From Bacteroidota bacterium (GTDB lineage Bacteria; Eisenbacteria; RBG-16-71-46; SZUA-252): a stretch of DNA of 64,000 nt. Shown piece by piece: positions 10,013 to 19,816 of this stretch. How positions within the stretch are numbered: position 1 is the stretch's first letter; each line of letters begins with the position of its first letter. The DNA lies in the NCBI GenBank assembly GCA_050257045.1, contig JBLMWD010000118.1:34356-98355 (forward strand). Direction: 5' to 3'. The notes beneath the pieces were generated by a model that saw only the letters and a list, made by a program, of their open reading frames with translations, was not told the DNA's origin and searched no databases. Both the position numbers and the translations under genes were made by a program.

Positions 10013-10663
10013 ATGAAGCAGCGACTACTCCCCTCCGCGCTCGTCGTGTTCCTCGTCACGTTCCTCACGTTCCTGGCCTGGGCCTTTGGCCCGGCGCGAG
10101 GCGCGGTCGCCTATTCCGACACTCCGCCCATGAAGAAGACCGGCGGCCCCGGAGAAGGCACCTGCTCCTGCCACACTGGCGGCCTGAACGACGGCGTGGG
10201 GACGATCGCGATCACGAACGTTCCCGCGACCTACGTCCCGGGCCAGGCCTACACCGTCTCGGTGACGCTCGCCCGCGCGGGCCAGTCACGGTGGGGATTC
10301 GAGCTGACGTGTCTCACGGCCGCGGGGAATGCCGCCGGCACGATCGCGAACACGACCCCGTTCACGACGCTCCAGACGGGCTCGACCGGAAGGCAGTACA
10401 TCTCGCATACGACGGTGAATTCGCCGAGCGACGGCACGTTCGCGGGCACGGCGGACGGGCCGGTCACGTGGTCCTTCCAGTGGACCGCTCCGGCCCAGGG
10501 AGCGGGGACGGTGACCTTCTATGTGTGCGGGGTCGCGGCGGACAACAGCCTCGACGCGGACTCGGGGGACTTCGACTACACGACGTCGGTTTCCGCTGCC
10601 GAGGGCTCCTCGACGCCCGTGGCCGCCACCACCTGGGGGAAGATCAAGGCGTTGTACCGCTGA
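10013..10663 (+). CDS. Secreted hypothetical protein (Cys-containing, Thr/Gly-rich beta-rich domain)
   Basis: Internal ATG gives signal peptide MKQRLLPSALVVFLVTFLTFLAWAFGPARGAVA. GEGTCSCHTGG and a second Cys pair (CLTA...YVCG) are present. Ends ...TTWGKIKALYR. Confidence 0.6.
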   Translation: MKQRLLPSALVVFLVTFLTFLAWAFGPARGAVAYSDTPPMKKTGGPGEGTCSCHTGGLNDGVGTIAITNVPATYVPGQAYTVSVTLARAGQSRWGFELTCLTAAGNAAGTIANTTPFTTLQTGSTGRQYISHTTVNSPSDGTFAGTADGPVTWSFQWTAPAQGAGTVTFYVCGVAADNSLDADSGDFDYTTSVSAAEGSSTPVAATTWGKIKALYR

Positions 10664-11351
10664 TCACGACGCAGCAGCGGCCCGGAGCGGGGTCCAGCTC
10701 CGCCCGGGCGCGCGGCAGATCGAGACCCGCGATCAAGCCTCCGATGAGCGCCTGGTTCATGCCGCAGACGAGGCCCGGCGCCTCGGCCGCGAGCGCGTGG
10801 AATGGGCAATTCGCGAGGACGATGGTCCCGGACCGATCGCGCCGCGGCTCGAAGCCCGATTCACGGAGCGCCTCGATCGCGAGCTCGAGCAGGCGCGCGC
10901 GGCCCGTGCGCTTCCCCGCGCGTTCCCGGGCTTCCGCGCCGAGGCGCTCCCCCCACTGCCGGGCCGAGCGCAGGAGCGCCTCGCGGTTCCCGCGGGACCC
11001 GCCGCCCGCGAGAGCCCGCAGGAGCAGCCGGCCCGCCAGAACGTAGCGCCGCTCGGGCAGCGCGACCTCCACCGAGCGGTCCGCCCGCCGGTAGACCTTG
11101 CTCGGCCGCCCGGCTCCGGGGCCGCTCCGCCCCGAAAGGCGGCGGAACGACGCCTCGAGGATGCCCGCCTCGACCAGCTTGTCGAGATGGAACGCGGCAA
11201 GGGCGCGCGAGATCCGCAGCGCCCGGGCCGCCTGGTCGCGGCTCACCTCCCCGTCGGGTCCGACGAGGAAGTAGAGCTCCCGCCGGAGCGGCTCCTCCAG
11301 CGCCGCGATCCGGGCGATCTGCTCGCCGATTTCCGTCCTGCCTCGGTCCAT
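10644..11351 (-). CDS. Helix-turn-helix transcriptional regulator (ArsR/MarR-like wHTH with C-terminal Cys-containing domain)
   Basis: RELYFLVGPDGEVSRDQAARALRISRALAAFHLDKLVEAGILE is a wHTH. C-terminus has NCPFHALA...LVCGMNQ with conserved Cys. Confidence 0.7.
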   Translation of the reverse strand: MDRGRTEIGEQIARIAALEEPLRRELYFLVGPDGEVSRDQAARALRISRALAAFHLDKLVEAGILEASFRRLSGRSGPGAGRPSKVYRRADRSVEVALPERRYVLAGRLLLRALAGGGSRGNREALLRSARQWGERLGAEARERAGKRTGRARLLELAIEALRESGFEPRRDRSGTIVLANCPFHALAAEAPGLVCGMNQALIGGLIAGLDLPRARAELDPAPGRCCVVISGTTP

Positions 11352-11416
11352 TCGTTACTCCTCGCCCGATATACGGCCGCGTGGGACGGCCGGGACCGGA
11401 AACCTCCCGGTCACAT

Positions 11417-11446
11417 TTCTAATACTAATCTGTATAGCTTTTAGAA
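11417..11446. promoter_or_regulatory. AT-rich inverted repeat (TTCTAA-N18-TTAGAA) in divergent intergenic region; candidate operator
   Basis: The only AT-rich patch (tctaatactaatctgtatagcttttagaatcga) in a 70% GC context. It lies between the divergently transcribed regulator (10644..11351-) and membrane protein (11525+). Confidence 0.4.
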
Positions 11447-11524
11447 TCGACCGCGAAGCCGGCGATTCCGATCCCGGCCGGGCCGGAGCCCGGACCGATC
11501 ACGAAACCAGCCAGGAGATACGAC

Positions 11525-11968
11525 ATGTCCCATTCCCTGAGCAACGCCACCGCCCTGCGCCAGCAGGAGCTCGCCGCCACGGCCGACGTCCGGACCGACG
11601 CCCCCTCGTACCAGGCCTACCGAATTCTCCAGGCCGCCTTCGTCGCGGCCCCGATCCTCGCGGGGCTGGACAAGTTCTTCAACGTCCTCGTCGACTGGAG
11701 CAAGTACCTGCCCGGCGTCGTCACGCGCGTTCTCGGCGGGCACACGCACGCCTTCCTGCTCGCGGTCGGCGTGGTCGAGATCGTCGCGGGGATCGGCGTG
11801 CTGGTACGGCCGCGCGTCTTCGCCTACGTCGTCATGGCCTGGCTCTGGGCGATCATCGTGAACCTGCTCCTCATCCCGGGCTACTTCGACATCGCGCTGC
11901 GCGATTTCGGCCTGTCGCTCGGAGCGCTCGCTCTCGCGCGGCTGAGCGCGCAGTTCAGCGGGGATTGA
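11525..11968 (+). CDS. Small DoxX-like membrane protein
   Basis: 147 aa with 4 predicted TM helices (AAFVAAPILAGLDKF..., AFLLAVGVVEIVAGIGVLV..., YVVMAWLWAIIVNLLLIPGY). Confidence 0.6.
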   Translation: MSHSLSNATALRQQELAATADVRTDAPSYQAYRILQAAFVAAPILAGLDKFFNVLVDWSKYLPGVVTRVLGGHTHAFLLAVGVVEIVAGIGVLVRPRVFAYVVMAWLWAIIVNLLLIPGYFDIALRDFGLSLGALALARLSAQFSGD

Positions 11969-12962
11969 GGGGCCCGGGGGCCATCACGCGGAGCAGCGGG
12001 CGGCCGCCGACGTCCTGAAGCGGCAGGTAGACGCGGTGGGTGCGCGGGTCGACAGCGACCGTGTGCGCATGAGGAAACCGTACGTCGCCGTCGTGGACGA
12101 GCCGGCCACCCCGCTCCGAGAAGACCGAGACGACACCCGACTCCGAAGCGACGTAGAGCCGCTCGACGGCCGCGTCGAAGGCGAGCACGTCCGGGTCCTC
12201 CCCGACGCGGTGCGTGTCGATCGTCTTCCAGGTGCGAAGGTCGACGGTGAGCAGGGTCCCGTTTCGTTCGTTGGCGACGAACAGGAGCCGCCGGAAGGGA
12301 TCGAGGCTCATGCCGTGCGGATGCGCGGCTCCCTGGAGCGGGTAGTGGCCGGTGACGCGATCGGCGCGGGGATCGATGGCGACCACCTCGTCGCGCGTCT
12401 GCACGGCCACGAGGACGCGGTCGGAGACCGGATCGTAGATGGAATTCCCCGCCTCGCCTCCGATCGGAATCGTCGCGGTCACCCGGTTCGTAGAGGCGTC
12501 GATCACGGTCTCGCCCCCGCCGGATTCGTCGGAGACGAACACCTTGTGCGCGGTGGGAGCGTAGGCGATTCCGTCGGGGAATCCGATCTTCCCGACCCTT
12601 GCCTTGACCTCGAGGGTGCGCGCGTCGATGACCGCGACCTCGTGATCCCCGGGCACCGACGCGTAGACCTTCCCGAGCGCCGGGGCGGCGCAGACGCCGG
12701 TCACCCGCGGCAATCCCGAGATCGTGCGCTCGACCCGGCCCCGGGCGAGGTCGAAGACGACCAGCTCCCCGGCGTTCATGTGCGAGATGTAGAGCCGGCC
12801 CGACGTGGTGTCGACGCTCTGGTAGTCGAATCGGACGGGAGGCCCCGGCAGCGGGATGTCGCCGACGGGAACCAGCGGGGCGGTCCCGGCCGCCGCCGTC
12901 GAGGCGCCGACGGCGATCGCGATGGCGAGAGGGAGCCAGCCACGACGGCGCATGGCTTCCAT
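11955..12962 (-). CDS. YVTN family beta-propeller repeat protein, secreted
   Basis: Signal peptide MEAMRRRGWLPLAIAIAVGAST. Repeated about 40-aa units (GKVYASVPGDHEVAVID..., HKVFVSDESGGGETVIDAST..., DRVLVAVQTRDEVVAID...) are typical of the YVTN repeat. Confidence 0.75.
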   Translation of the reverse strand: MEAMRRRGWLPLAIAIAVGASTAAAGTAPLVPVGDIPLPGPPVRFDYQSVDTTSGRLYISHMNAGELVVFDLARGRVERTISGLPRVTGVCAAPALGKVYASVPGDHEVAVIDARTLEVKARVGKIGFPDGIAYAPTAHKVFVSDESGGGETVIDASTNRVTATIPIGGEAGNSIYDPVSDRVLVAVQTRDEVVAIDPRADRVTGHYPLQGAAHPHGMSLDPFRRLLFVANERNGTLLTVDLRTWKTIDTHRVGEDPDVLAFDAAVERLYVASESGVVSVFSERGGRLVHDGDVRFPHAHTVAVDPRTHRVYLPLQDVGGRPLLRVMAPGPLNPR

Positions 12963-13107
12963 GATGCCCGCCCCGAGCGTGGGGACACAACCCGGGATTG
13001 GGACCGGGCTCGCGGACGCTTGCAATGGGCCTCCCCTGGAGATACGTTCGCTTCACTCCCCCGTCGATCACCGTGCGTACGTGGCCCATGCCATGGGAGC
13101 GCGTCCC

Positions 13108-15226
13108 CATGCACCGACTCGGGATCCCTGGCCTCGCATCTCTCGCCGCCGCTGCCTTGTTCGGCGCATCGACCGGGACGGCCGCCCCGCTCGCGTTTCA
13201 CTGGCCCGTTCCGGCCCGGGTCCGCGTGACCGTCATCTCGCAGAACGACAGTTCCGGATTGGTGCACCAGGAAGTGGCGCATGTCTTCGCGACGCCAAAC
13301 CCGAGCGAGCTGAAGCTGAGGACCGAGGACGTCCAACTCTGGGATTTCCTCGTCGCGGGACGGCGGCCTCCCGGCGGACTCTCTTTCCTATCCGCGTTCG
13401 CGAATCTCGCGACCAGCCAACCGCCGATCACGATCTCTCCCGATGGCGATTTCAAGGGATGTCAGGTCACCGAGGAATTCCTGGCCCAGGCTGAGGAGGC
13501 CTTGCGCCAGACCCTCGGCGCGGTAGTCGACTCGAGCGTGCTGCGGCGGGCGTTCGCCATGATTCGAACCCCGCAGATGAAAGCGCAGATGGAGCTGTCG
13601 AGCGCCCAGGACTGGAACAACTGGGTCGGCGACTGGGTCGGGATGGACGTGCCATCCGGTGGGGCGATCGAAGGGACGAGGTCCATGTCGTGGGTGGGAA
13701 CGACGCTCCCGTTCGACGTGGTCGTCGAGAACGAGGGCCCGACCCGGCCCGGCGGGCGCCTCATCCGGCTCACACAGATCTCGCGGGTTGGCGGCGCGGT
13801 AGCGGTCAAGGCAATGGAGGGCTACCTCCGATCTCTCGCGGCCAGCGTGCCCGGGGTCAGCCCCGTTCCAGACCACTTCCTGCGAAGTGTCACGCGCACC
13901 GAGACCGAGAGCGTCGTCCTCGATCCCGCGACGATGCGTCCCCATTTTGCAGGCAGGACGATGCTGATCGAGGTCGCAGATTCACTCGGCACGCGCACCA
14001 AGTACAAGGCGGAGGGCGACTTCTTCGATTGGGACCCGCCGCTCCAGACAGGCTCGAGATTCGATTCGATTCCGGCAGCGGGGCTCGCGGCCTTCTTCCA
14101 GGGTCGCCTCTCCGACGCCTACGACACGCTGCGGACCGCCGTCGAGAACGGAACGAACAACCCGGAGACGTACGCGTATCTCGCCCAGACCTGCCGGCGG
14201 CTCAACGAAATGGGGCAGGCCGCCTATTTCGCGCGGCGTGCCCTGGCCCTGTCGCCTCGCAACGGCTTCGCCCACCAGACACTGGCGGAATGCTACGGAC
14301 CCCAGTTCAACGGCGGGTGGACGTACGCGAACGACGATTCGTCCTGGACGCAATTGGGCCGGGCGATCGAGTGCGATTCCACGGACGGCAACGTCTGGCT
14401 GCAGGTCCATACGGACGCTCGACGGCGCGATCTCCGGGACCTTGAGCGGCACGCGCTCGCCCGGCTCATCGACACGGGTTTCCTTCCCCGCCCATCGCTC
14501 GCCTACGCCCGGTGGATGGTCCAGGACCTGCCCGAAAGCACGGTGCTCATCACGAACGGTGACATGGATTCCTACCCCCTCTGGGCGCTCCAGGCGACCG
14601 CCGGGCTCCGACCGGACGTCGCCGTCGTGAACTACTCGATGCTCGACGCGTCCTGGTACGCGCGGAAGACGCGGGACGACCTTCACGTTCCGCTGCCGTT
14701 CTCGGACGCGGATCTGGATTCACTCGATGCCGCGCCCGATTCGATTCCGATGCGGGCGAGAGTGCTCGCAGGATGGCTCGAAGGGAAGGACCCCGGGGCG
14801 TATCGGCGGCCGGTGGCCATTTCGATCACGGTTGACCCAAGCACCTATCCGGCCGGGATCGAGAGCCGCGTCACGCTCGTGGGGCCGGCGTTCGCGTGCT
14901 CGCCGTCCGCGCACCCGTTCGAGATAGACACCACTGCGGCACGCGTGAGTCTCGCGCACGCGAGGGCGAGCGACTTCGTTGGCCCTGTCTTCACCGAGCG
15001 CGACCGGAGCCCGGTCCGTCGCAGTGCTTCGCGGCTGAGCGACGCGATCGTCGGCCTCTGGCTCCAGTACGCCGCGCGGCTGTCCGACGCGGGACGCCGG
15101 CGCGAGAGCCTCGAGGCGATCGGCCGCGCATCGAGCTTTGCGAAGACGACGGACGCGGGCCAGGATGTGAGAGGGCAGATCGAGGCGCTCCGCGCCCAAG
15201 TCCAGACCGGGAAAGGCGCCCCCTGA
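13108..15226 (+). CDS. Secreted hypothetical protein with TPR-like repeats
   Basis: Internal ATG gives signal peptide MHRLGIPGLASLAAAALFGASTGTAAP. TPR-like segment NPETYAYLAQTCRRLNEMGQAAYFARRALALSPRNGFAHQTLAECYG. Confidence 0.6.
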
Positions 15227-15289
15227 AAACGAAAACGGGCGGGCCCACGAGGCGCCCGCCCGTCCTCGGAAACGATCGATCGCCGGAGG

Positions 15290-16156
15290 CTAGGCCTTCA
15301 GGATCACGAGGTGCTTGATCTTCCGGAACTCGTTCCGGTCGAGGATGTGGAGCTCGACCATGTCCTTCCCGACGATCTGCAGCGAATAGCTCGACGGGGG
15401 TTGGGCGCTCAGCACCTGCACCTTCCCCTTCTTCGCCGGGATCTGGATGACCTGCTGCTCGTCGGTGTTGAGCGGCGAGAAGGACGCCTCCTCGAACATG
15501 CCCGAGACCTTGAGCGACTTGCCGACGCCGAGGACGCCGCCGCTCGGCTGGACCACGCCCGCCCTCGTGAGCTCCTGCTTCGTCCCCATCGTGTAGAAGA
15601 TGGTCGCGAGCTCGCGCTGCTTCTGGGCGAGGTCTTCCTGGTTCTTCGCGAGCTGCTCCTGCTGTCCCTGGATCTCGTAGTGGAGGCCGGTCACGCGGGT
15701 CTGGAGCGTGTCGATCTGGGTCGTGAGCTGCGCGATCTTCTGCTCCTTGTAGATGGCCGACTCGCGCAGGCTCTCGATCATCCGCTTCATGCTCGCGATC
15801 CGGATCCCGTTATGCTTCAACTTTGCGTCGAGATCGTTGATCCGTTCCTTGGTGCGGGCGATCGACTCCTTGATGGCGGTGATGCGGGAGAGGACCTTGG
15901 CGTGGATGGTCTGACCGTGGAGCTCGATATCCCCCTGCGACTGGTTCTCACCGACGGCGATGGCGTTCAAGCTGTCCTGGATCGACACGATCTCGTTGAC
16001 CGCCTGGTCGTACCGCTGCCGCATGCTTTCCTGCTGGGCGGTTGCCTGCCCGAGGTCGGCCTGCGACTTCTTGTAGCGGGAATAGGTCACCCCCGCCGCA
16101 CCGGCGAGCGCCAAGCTGATCACAACCAGAACAACGCCTAGACTCTTGCGCATCAT
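15290..16156 (-). CDS. Coiled-coil protein with N-terminal membrane anchor
   Basis: Start MMRKSLGVVLVVISLALAGAAGV (signal/anchor), then about 200 aa of heptad-rich coiled coil (QRYDQAVNEIVSIQDSLNAI...IAQLTTQIDTLQTRVTGLHYEIQGQQEQLAKNQEDLAQKQRELA) and a C-terminal globular domain. Confidence 0.55.
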   Translation of the reverse strand: MMRKSLGVVLVVISLALAGAAGVTYSRYKKSQADLGQATAQQESMRQRYDQAVNEIVSIQDSLNAIAVGENQSQGDIELHGQTIHAKVLSRITAIKESIARTKERINDLDAKLKHNGIRIASMKRMIESLRESAIYKEQKIAQLTTQIDTLQTRVTGLHYEIQGQQEQLAKNQEDLAQKQRELATIFYTMGTKQELTRAGVVQPSGGVLGVGKSLKVSGMFEEASFSPLNTDEQQVIQIPAKKGKVQVLSAQPPSSYSLQIVGKDMVELHILDRNEFRKIKHLVILKA

Positions 16157-16512
16157 CGATCTCCTTCTCCACGTTGTGTCGCTGGCATAGGGTTCGCCCG
16201 TGAGCATCCCGGGATTGGTACCGATTGCTGGGGCGTTCAGGTAAGAGCCGACACGGAGGCGGCAAGAAGAGTGCCACGTAGCTCCGACAGAGGTCGCGCG
16301 GCGACGCAAGCTCGCAACGGAAATGGTTTCGACGGCGCCGATTGGACCGCTCCCGAGGCAGCCCGAGTCGCGTCGGACCGGGTCGAGCGGCGTGGCACGG
16401 CGCTGTACGCCGGGGGACGACCCCGCGCGCAGGCTGGTCCGCGGGGTGCGGTCGTGGCCTTTGCCCCTCACCCGGCCGTGAGCGGGCGCGAACGTCCGAC
16501 CGAGCGGACCGT

Positions 16513-17565
16513 ATGACCCGACGCGCGGGCCGCCTCCTCCCCGTCATCCAGTGCCTGATCGCGGCCGCCCTCTTCGGCGCCGCGACCCCGCTCTCGAAGC
16601 CGCTCCTCGGCCGGCTCGATCCGCTGCCGCTCGCGGGCCTGCTCTATCTCGGGGCCGCGGCGACGGCGCTGCCCATGGCGATCCGCGACTTCCGGAAAGC
16701 GCGATGGGGCGACCGACGCCAGTGGCTGCTGCTCCTCGGCGCCGTCGTGTTCGGAGGCGGCATCGCCCCGGTCCTTCTTCTTCTCGGCCTGAAAGCGGCG
16801 CCCGCGGCCTCGGTGTCGCTCTGGCTCAATCTCGAGGTCGTCGCGACCACCCTCCTTGCCGTGTTGCTCTTCCGCGAGCACCTGGATCGCCGCACCGCGG
16901 CGGCGGTCGCGCTGGTCTTCGTAGGCGGACTCGCGCTGACCGCCGGCGAGGGCGCGGCGGGACTCCGGGCCGGCGCCCTCGTTGCCCTGGCCTGCATCGG
17001 CTGGGGGCTCGACAACAACTTCACGGCCATCGTCGGCGGCTTCACGCCCGCCCAGACCACGCTCGCGAAGGGGCTGGTCGCGGGGAGCGTGAACCTCGCG
17101 ATCGGAAGCATCCTGGGCCAGGGGCTCCCGGCGGCCGCGCCCGCCGCGCTCGCGCTCGGAGTCGGCGCCGCGGGGTACGGCGCCTCGATCATCCTCTACA
17201 TCTCCGCGGCCCAGCAGCTGGGCGCGAGCCGCTCCCAGCTCCTCTTCGCCACGTCGGGATTCTTCGGCGTGCTCCTCGCGTGGGCGGTTCTCGGCGAATC
17301 GATCCGCGCCGCGCAGCTCGCCGCGGGCGGCCTGATGGTGACGGGGCTCTTCCTGATGCTCACGGCCCGGCACGAGCACCCGCACGTCCATGAGGCGCTC
17401 GAGCATACGCACAGCCACCGGCACGACGACGGGCACCACGACCACCTGCACCCGGGCTTGCCCGCGTGGGTCCGGCACACGCACCCGCACGTCCACGCGC
17501 CGGTGACGCACGCGCATCCGCACGTGCCCGACCTGCACCACCGCCACGAGCACCCGGAACAATGA
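16513..17565 (+). CDS. EamA/DMT family transporter with about 60-aa histidine-rich C-terminal tail
   Basis: ATG at 16513 (MTRRAGRLLPVIQCLIAAALFGAATPLSKP). Ten TM helices in two EamA halves. Tail HEHPHVHEALEHTHSHRHDDGHHDHLHPGLPAWVRHTHPHVHAPVTHAHPHVPDLHHRHEHPEQ. Confidence 0.8.
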   Translation: MTRRAGRLLPVIQCLIAAALFGAATPLSKPLLGRLDPLPLAGLLYLGAAATALPMAIRDFRKARWGDRRQWLLLLGAVVFGGGIAPVLLLLGLKAAPAASVSLWLNLEVVATTLLAVLLFREHLDRRTAAAVALVFVGGLALTAGEGAAGLRAGALVALACIGWGLDNNFTAIVGGFTPAQTTLAKGLVAGSVNLAIGSILGQGLPAAAPAALALGVGAAGYGASIILYISAAQQLGASRSQLLFATSGFFGVLLAWAVLGESIRAAQLAAGGLMVTGLFLMLTARHEHPHVHEALEHTHSHRHDDGHHDHLHPGLPAWVRHTHPHVHAPVTHAHPHVPDLHHRHEHPEQ

Positions 17566-17622
17566 GCGAGCCCCGCGGGGGGTGGCCCGCGGGGCTCGGT
17601 TTTGCCGGGGTGGCTCCGTTCG

Positions 17623-18630
17623 CTAATCGGAATCAGGGCCCCAGTAGTGCCGGTAATCGGTCGGGATCGTCAGGACCGCGCTCGGCACCGTGCTCGTCTG
17701 GATCGAGATGAACGGCCCCTGCCACGTGTCGGCGCGATACCAGTCACCGTTGTCGACGAGGTACCACGTGTTCCCGAAGCGGTACATGTCGTAGCCGGAA
17801 TTCCCCTCGACGAAGTAGACGCTCGTGTTGGGGATCATGTACGAGCTCGGCAGCGTCGTGAACGTCCGGCCCGACGACCAGTAACGCACGCCGTAGGACC
17901 GGTTGTAGTCGTCACGGTCGCCCGTGGGCCGGTCGCGATCGCCCATGGACCGGTCGCGGTCGGAGTCGCGCTGGTACATGGCCGGCGCGTTCGACCAGTT
18001 ATGCCGGTAGGACGTGGGGAGATTCAGGATGTCGCGCGGCACGCTGCGCGTCCGGATCGTCAGGAACGGGCCGCGCCACGTGGTGGAGCGATACCACTGG
18101 CCGTCGTCCACGAGGTACCACGTCCCATGGAGCCGGTAGAGGTCGAATCCGCTCACGCGCGTGGCGAACCGGACCGACGAACCGGGGACATAGGCCATTT
18201 CCGGCTTCCGGTTGAACGTGCGCCCCGACGCCCAGTAGCCCTGGGGCAGGTCGCGGTAGCGGCTGTCGCGGTAGTCGGGCCGGACGGCGACCCAGTTCCG
18301 GCGGTACTGAGCCGGGACGGTCGTCACTTCGTACGGCAGCACGTCGGCATCGATGGCGACGAACGGCCCGCGCCACGAGTCGGCGCGATACCAGGTGTTG
18401 TTCTCGTTCAGATACCAGGTCCCCTGGAACTGATAGACGTCGTAGTCGGTCGCGTCGCGCCCGTAGTAGACGTCGGTGTCGGCGACCCGGACCATCGCCG
18501 GCTGGCTGTAGAAGCGGTGCCCGGAATAGCTGAAGTCGGTCTCCGCCCGCTGGGCGGAGCAGCCGGTCATCGAGGCCAGGAGGAGTGAGCCGAGCATCGT
18601 TCCCCAGGCCCAGAAAGCGGTTCGTTTCAT
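17623..18630 (-). CDS. Lipoprotein composed of three tandem ~100-aa Trp/Tyr-rich repeats (unknown domain)
   Basis: Lipobox LLLASMTGC. Units 1-3 share Y(Q/R/M)FxGTWYLxxxxxWYRAD(S/T)W(R/Q)GPFxxIxxxxVP...P(A/T)xYRxxW. Confidence 0.65.
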   Translation of the reverse strand: MKRTAFWAWGTMLGSLLLASMTGCSAQRAETDFSYSGHRFYSQPAMVRVADTDVYYGRDATDYDVYQFQGTWYLNENNTWYRADSWRGPFVAIDADVLPYEVTTVPAQYRRNWVAVRPDYRDSRYRDLPQGYWASGRTFNRKPEMAYVPGSSVRFATRVSGFDLYRLHGTWYLVDDGQWYRSTTWRGPFLTIRTRSVPRDILNLPTSYRHNWSNAPAMYQRDSDRDRSMGDRDRPTGDRDDYNRSYGVRYWSSGRTFTTLPSSYMIPNTSVYFVEGNSGYDMYRFGNTWYLVDNGDWYRADTWQGPFISIQTSTVPSAVLTIPTDYRHYWGPDSD

Positions 18631-18880
18631 GGGAGCTATCCTCATCCCTCGAGGCCCGCGCTACGTGGATCCCCGAGGTGGTTGTACTTGCGCTCGCACC
18701 TGCAGGCCCCGGACTACAAACCAGGGCCGCCGCCTCGTTGCGCGCCAACGGCTTTCGTCGCCGCGCCCGGGGCGGAACGGCACGCGCGGATACAATGCAG
18801 GGCCCGTGCCGCTCCCGTTGATTTCGAGGAGCGCCCGCCCCTAGACTGCGGCCCGTCCACCGATCCCCCAAGGAGGGCCC

Positions 18881-19441
18881 ATGGTATCGATCCCCTCGCT
18901 GTGGCTTCCGGTGCTGGTCTCCGCCGTCATCGTCTTCTTCGCGAGCTGGCTGGTGCACATGGTGCTGCCGCACCACAAGAGCGACTTCAAGCGCGTCCCC
19001 GACGAGGAGCAGTTCCTCGATGCGGTGCGGAAGCTGGCGATTCCGCCGGGCAATTACGTGGCCCCCTGCCCGAGCTCGCCGCGCGCGATGAAGGATCCGG
19101 CGTTCGTCGAGCGGCGCACGCGCGGACCGCACGTCTTCATGATCGTGACCAAGGGATCTCCCCCGAGCATGGGAAAGGAGCTCGGCCAGTGGTTCGTCTT
19201 CCTGATCGTCGTCGGCATCTTCGCGGCGTACATCACGGGCCGCGCCCTGGGACCGGGCGCCTCGTACCGCCAGGTGATGCGCTTCGCCGGAGCGACGGCG
19301 TTCTTCTGCTACGCGATCGGTGACATCCCGGGTTCGATCTGGATGAAGCGGAGCTGGGGAGTGACCTTGAAGAACGTCGCGGACGGGCTCTTCTACGGGC
19401 TCCTGACGGGAGGGACGTTCGGCTGGCTCTGGCCGCGCTGA
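18881..19441 (+). CDS. Hypothetical membrane protein
   Basis: 186 aa with 3-4 hydrophobic helices and protein-like composition (MVSIPSLWLPVLVSAVIVFFASWLVHMVLPHHK...). Confidence 0.55.
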   Translation: MVSIPSLWLPVLVSAVIVFFASWLVHMVLPHHKSDFKRVPDEEQFLDAVRKLAIPPGNYVAPCPSSPRAMKDPAFVERRTRGPHVFMIVTKGSPPSMGKELGQWFVFLIVVGIFAAYITGRALGPGASYRQVMRFAGATAFFCYAIGDIPGSIWMKRSWGVTLKNVADGLFYGLLTGGTFGWLWPR

Positions 19442-19549
19442 GGCGCGGCACGGACACCGCCGAACCACCAGCAACGACGAGCCCCGGTCGCGGGCCGGAC
19501 CCGAGGTCCGACCCGCGCCGGGGTCGCTGTTCACGCCGAAGCGCTCTCG

Positions 19550-19816
19550 CTACACAGGGAGCGTACGACTCCGATTGTGCGTGACGGCGCGGTAGATCGC
19601 GAGCAACACCACGGCGCCGATGATCGAGGCAATGATGCCGGGTCCCTGCCCTCGGTCAAACAGCCCCATCGCATGCCCCGCCCAGCCCGCGAGCAGCGCG
19701 CCAGCGATACCGAGCACGATCGTCATCAAGATGCCGCCACCGTCGCGGCCGGGCATGATCAGCTTGGCGAGTGCGCCGACGATCAACCCGATGATGATGG
19801 TCCACAGGATGTTCAT
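19550..19816 (-). CDS. GlsB/YeaQ/YmgE family stress-response membrane protein
   Basis: MNILWTIIIGLIVGALAKLIMPGRDGGGILMTIVLGIAGALLAGW is the family signature (transglycosylase-associated protein). Confidence 0.8.
   Translation of the reverse strand: MNILWTIIIGLIVGALAKLIMPGRDGGGILMTIVLGIAGALLAGWAGHAMGLFDRGQGPGIIASIIGAVVLLAIYRAVTHNRSRTLPV

Noticed and set aside
10118-10132. Possible heme-binding motif in the small secreted protein (TCSCH)
   Set aside because: The spacing is C-x-C-H, not C-x-x-C-H, so it is not a c-type heme attachment site.
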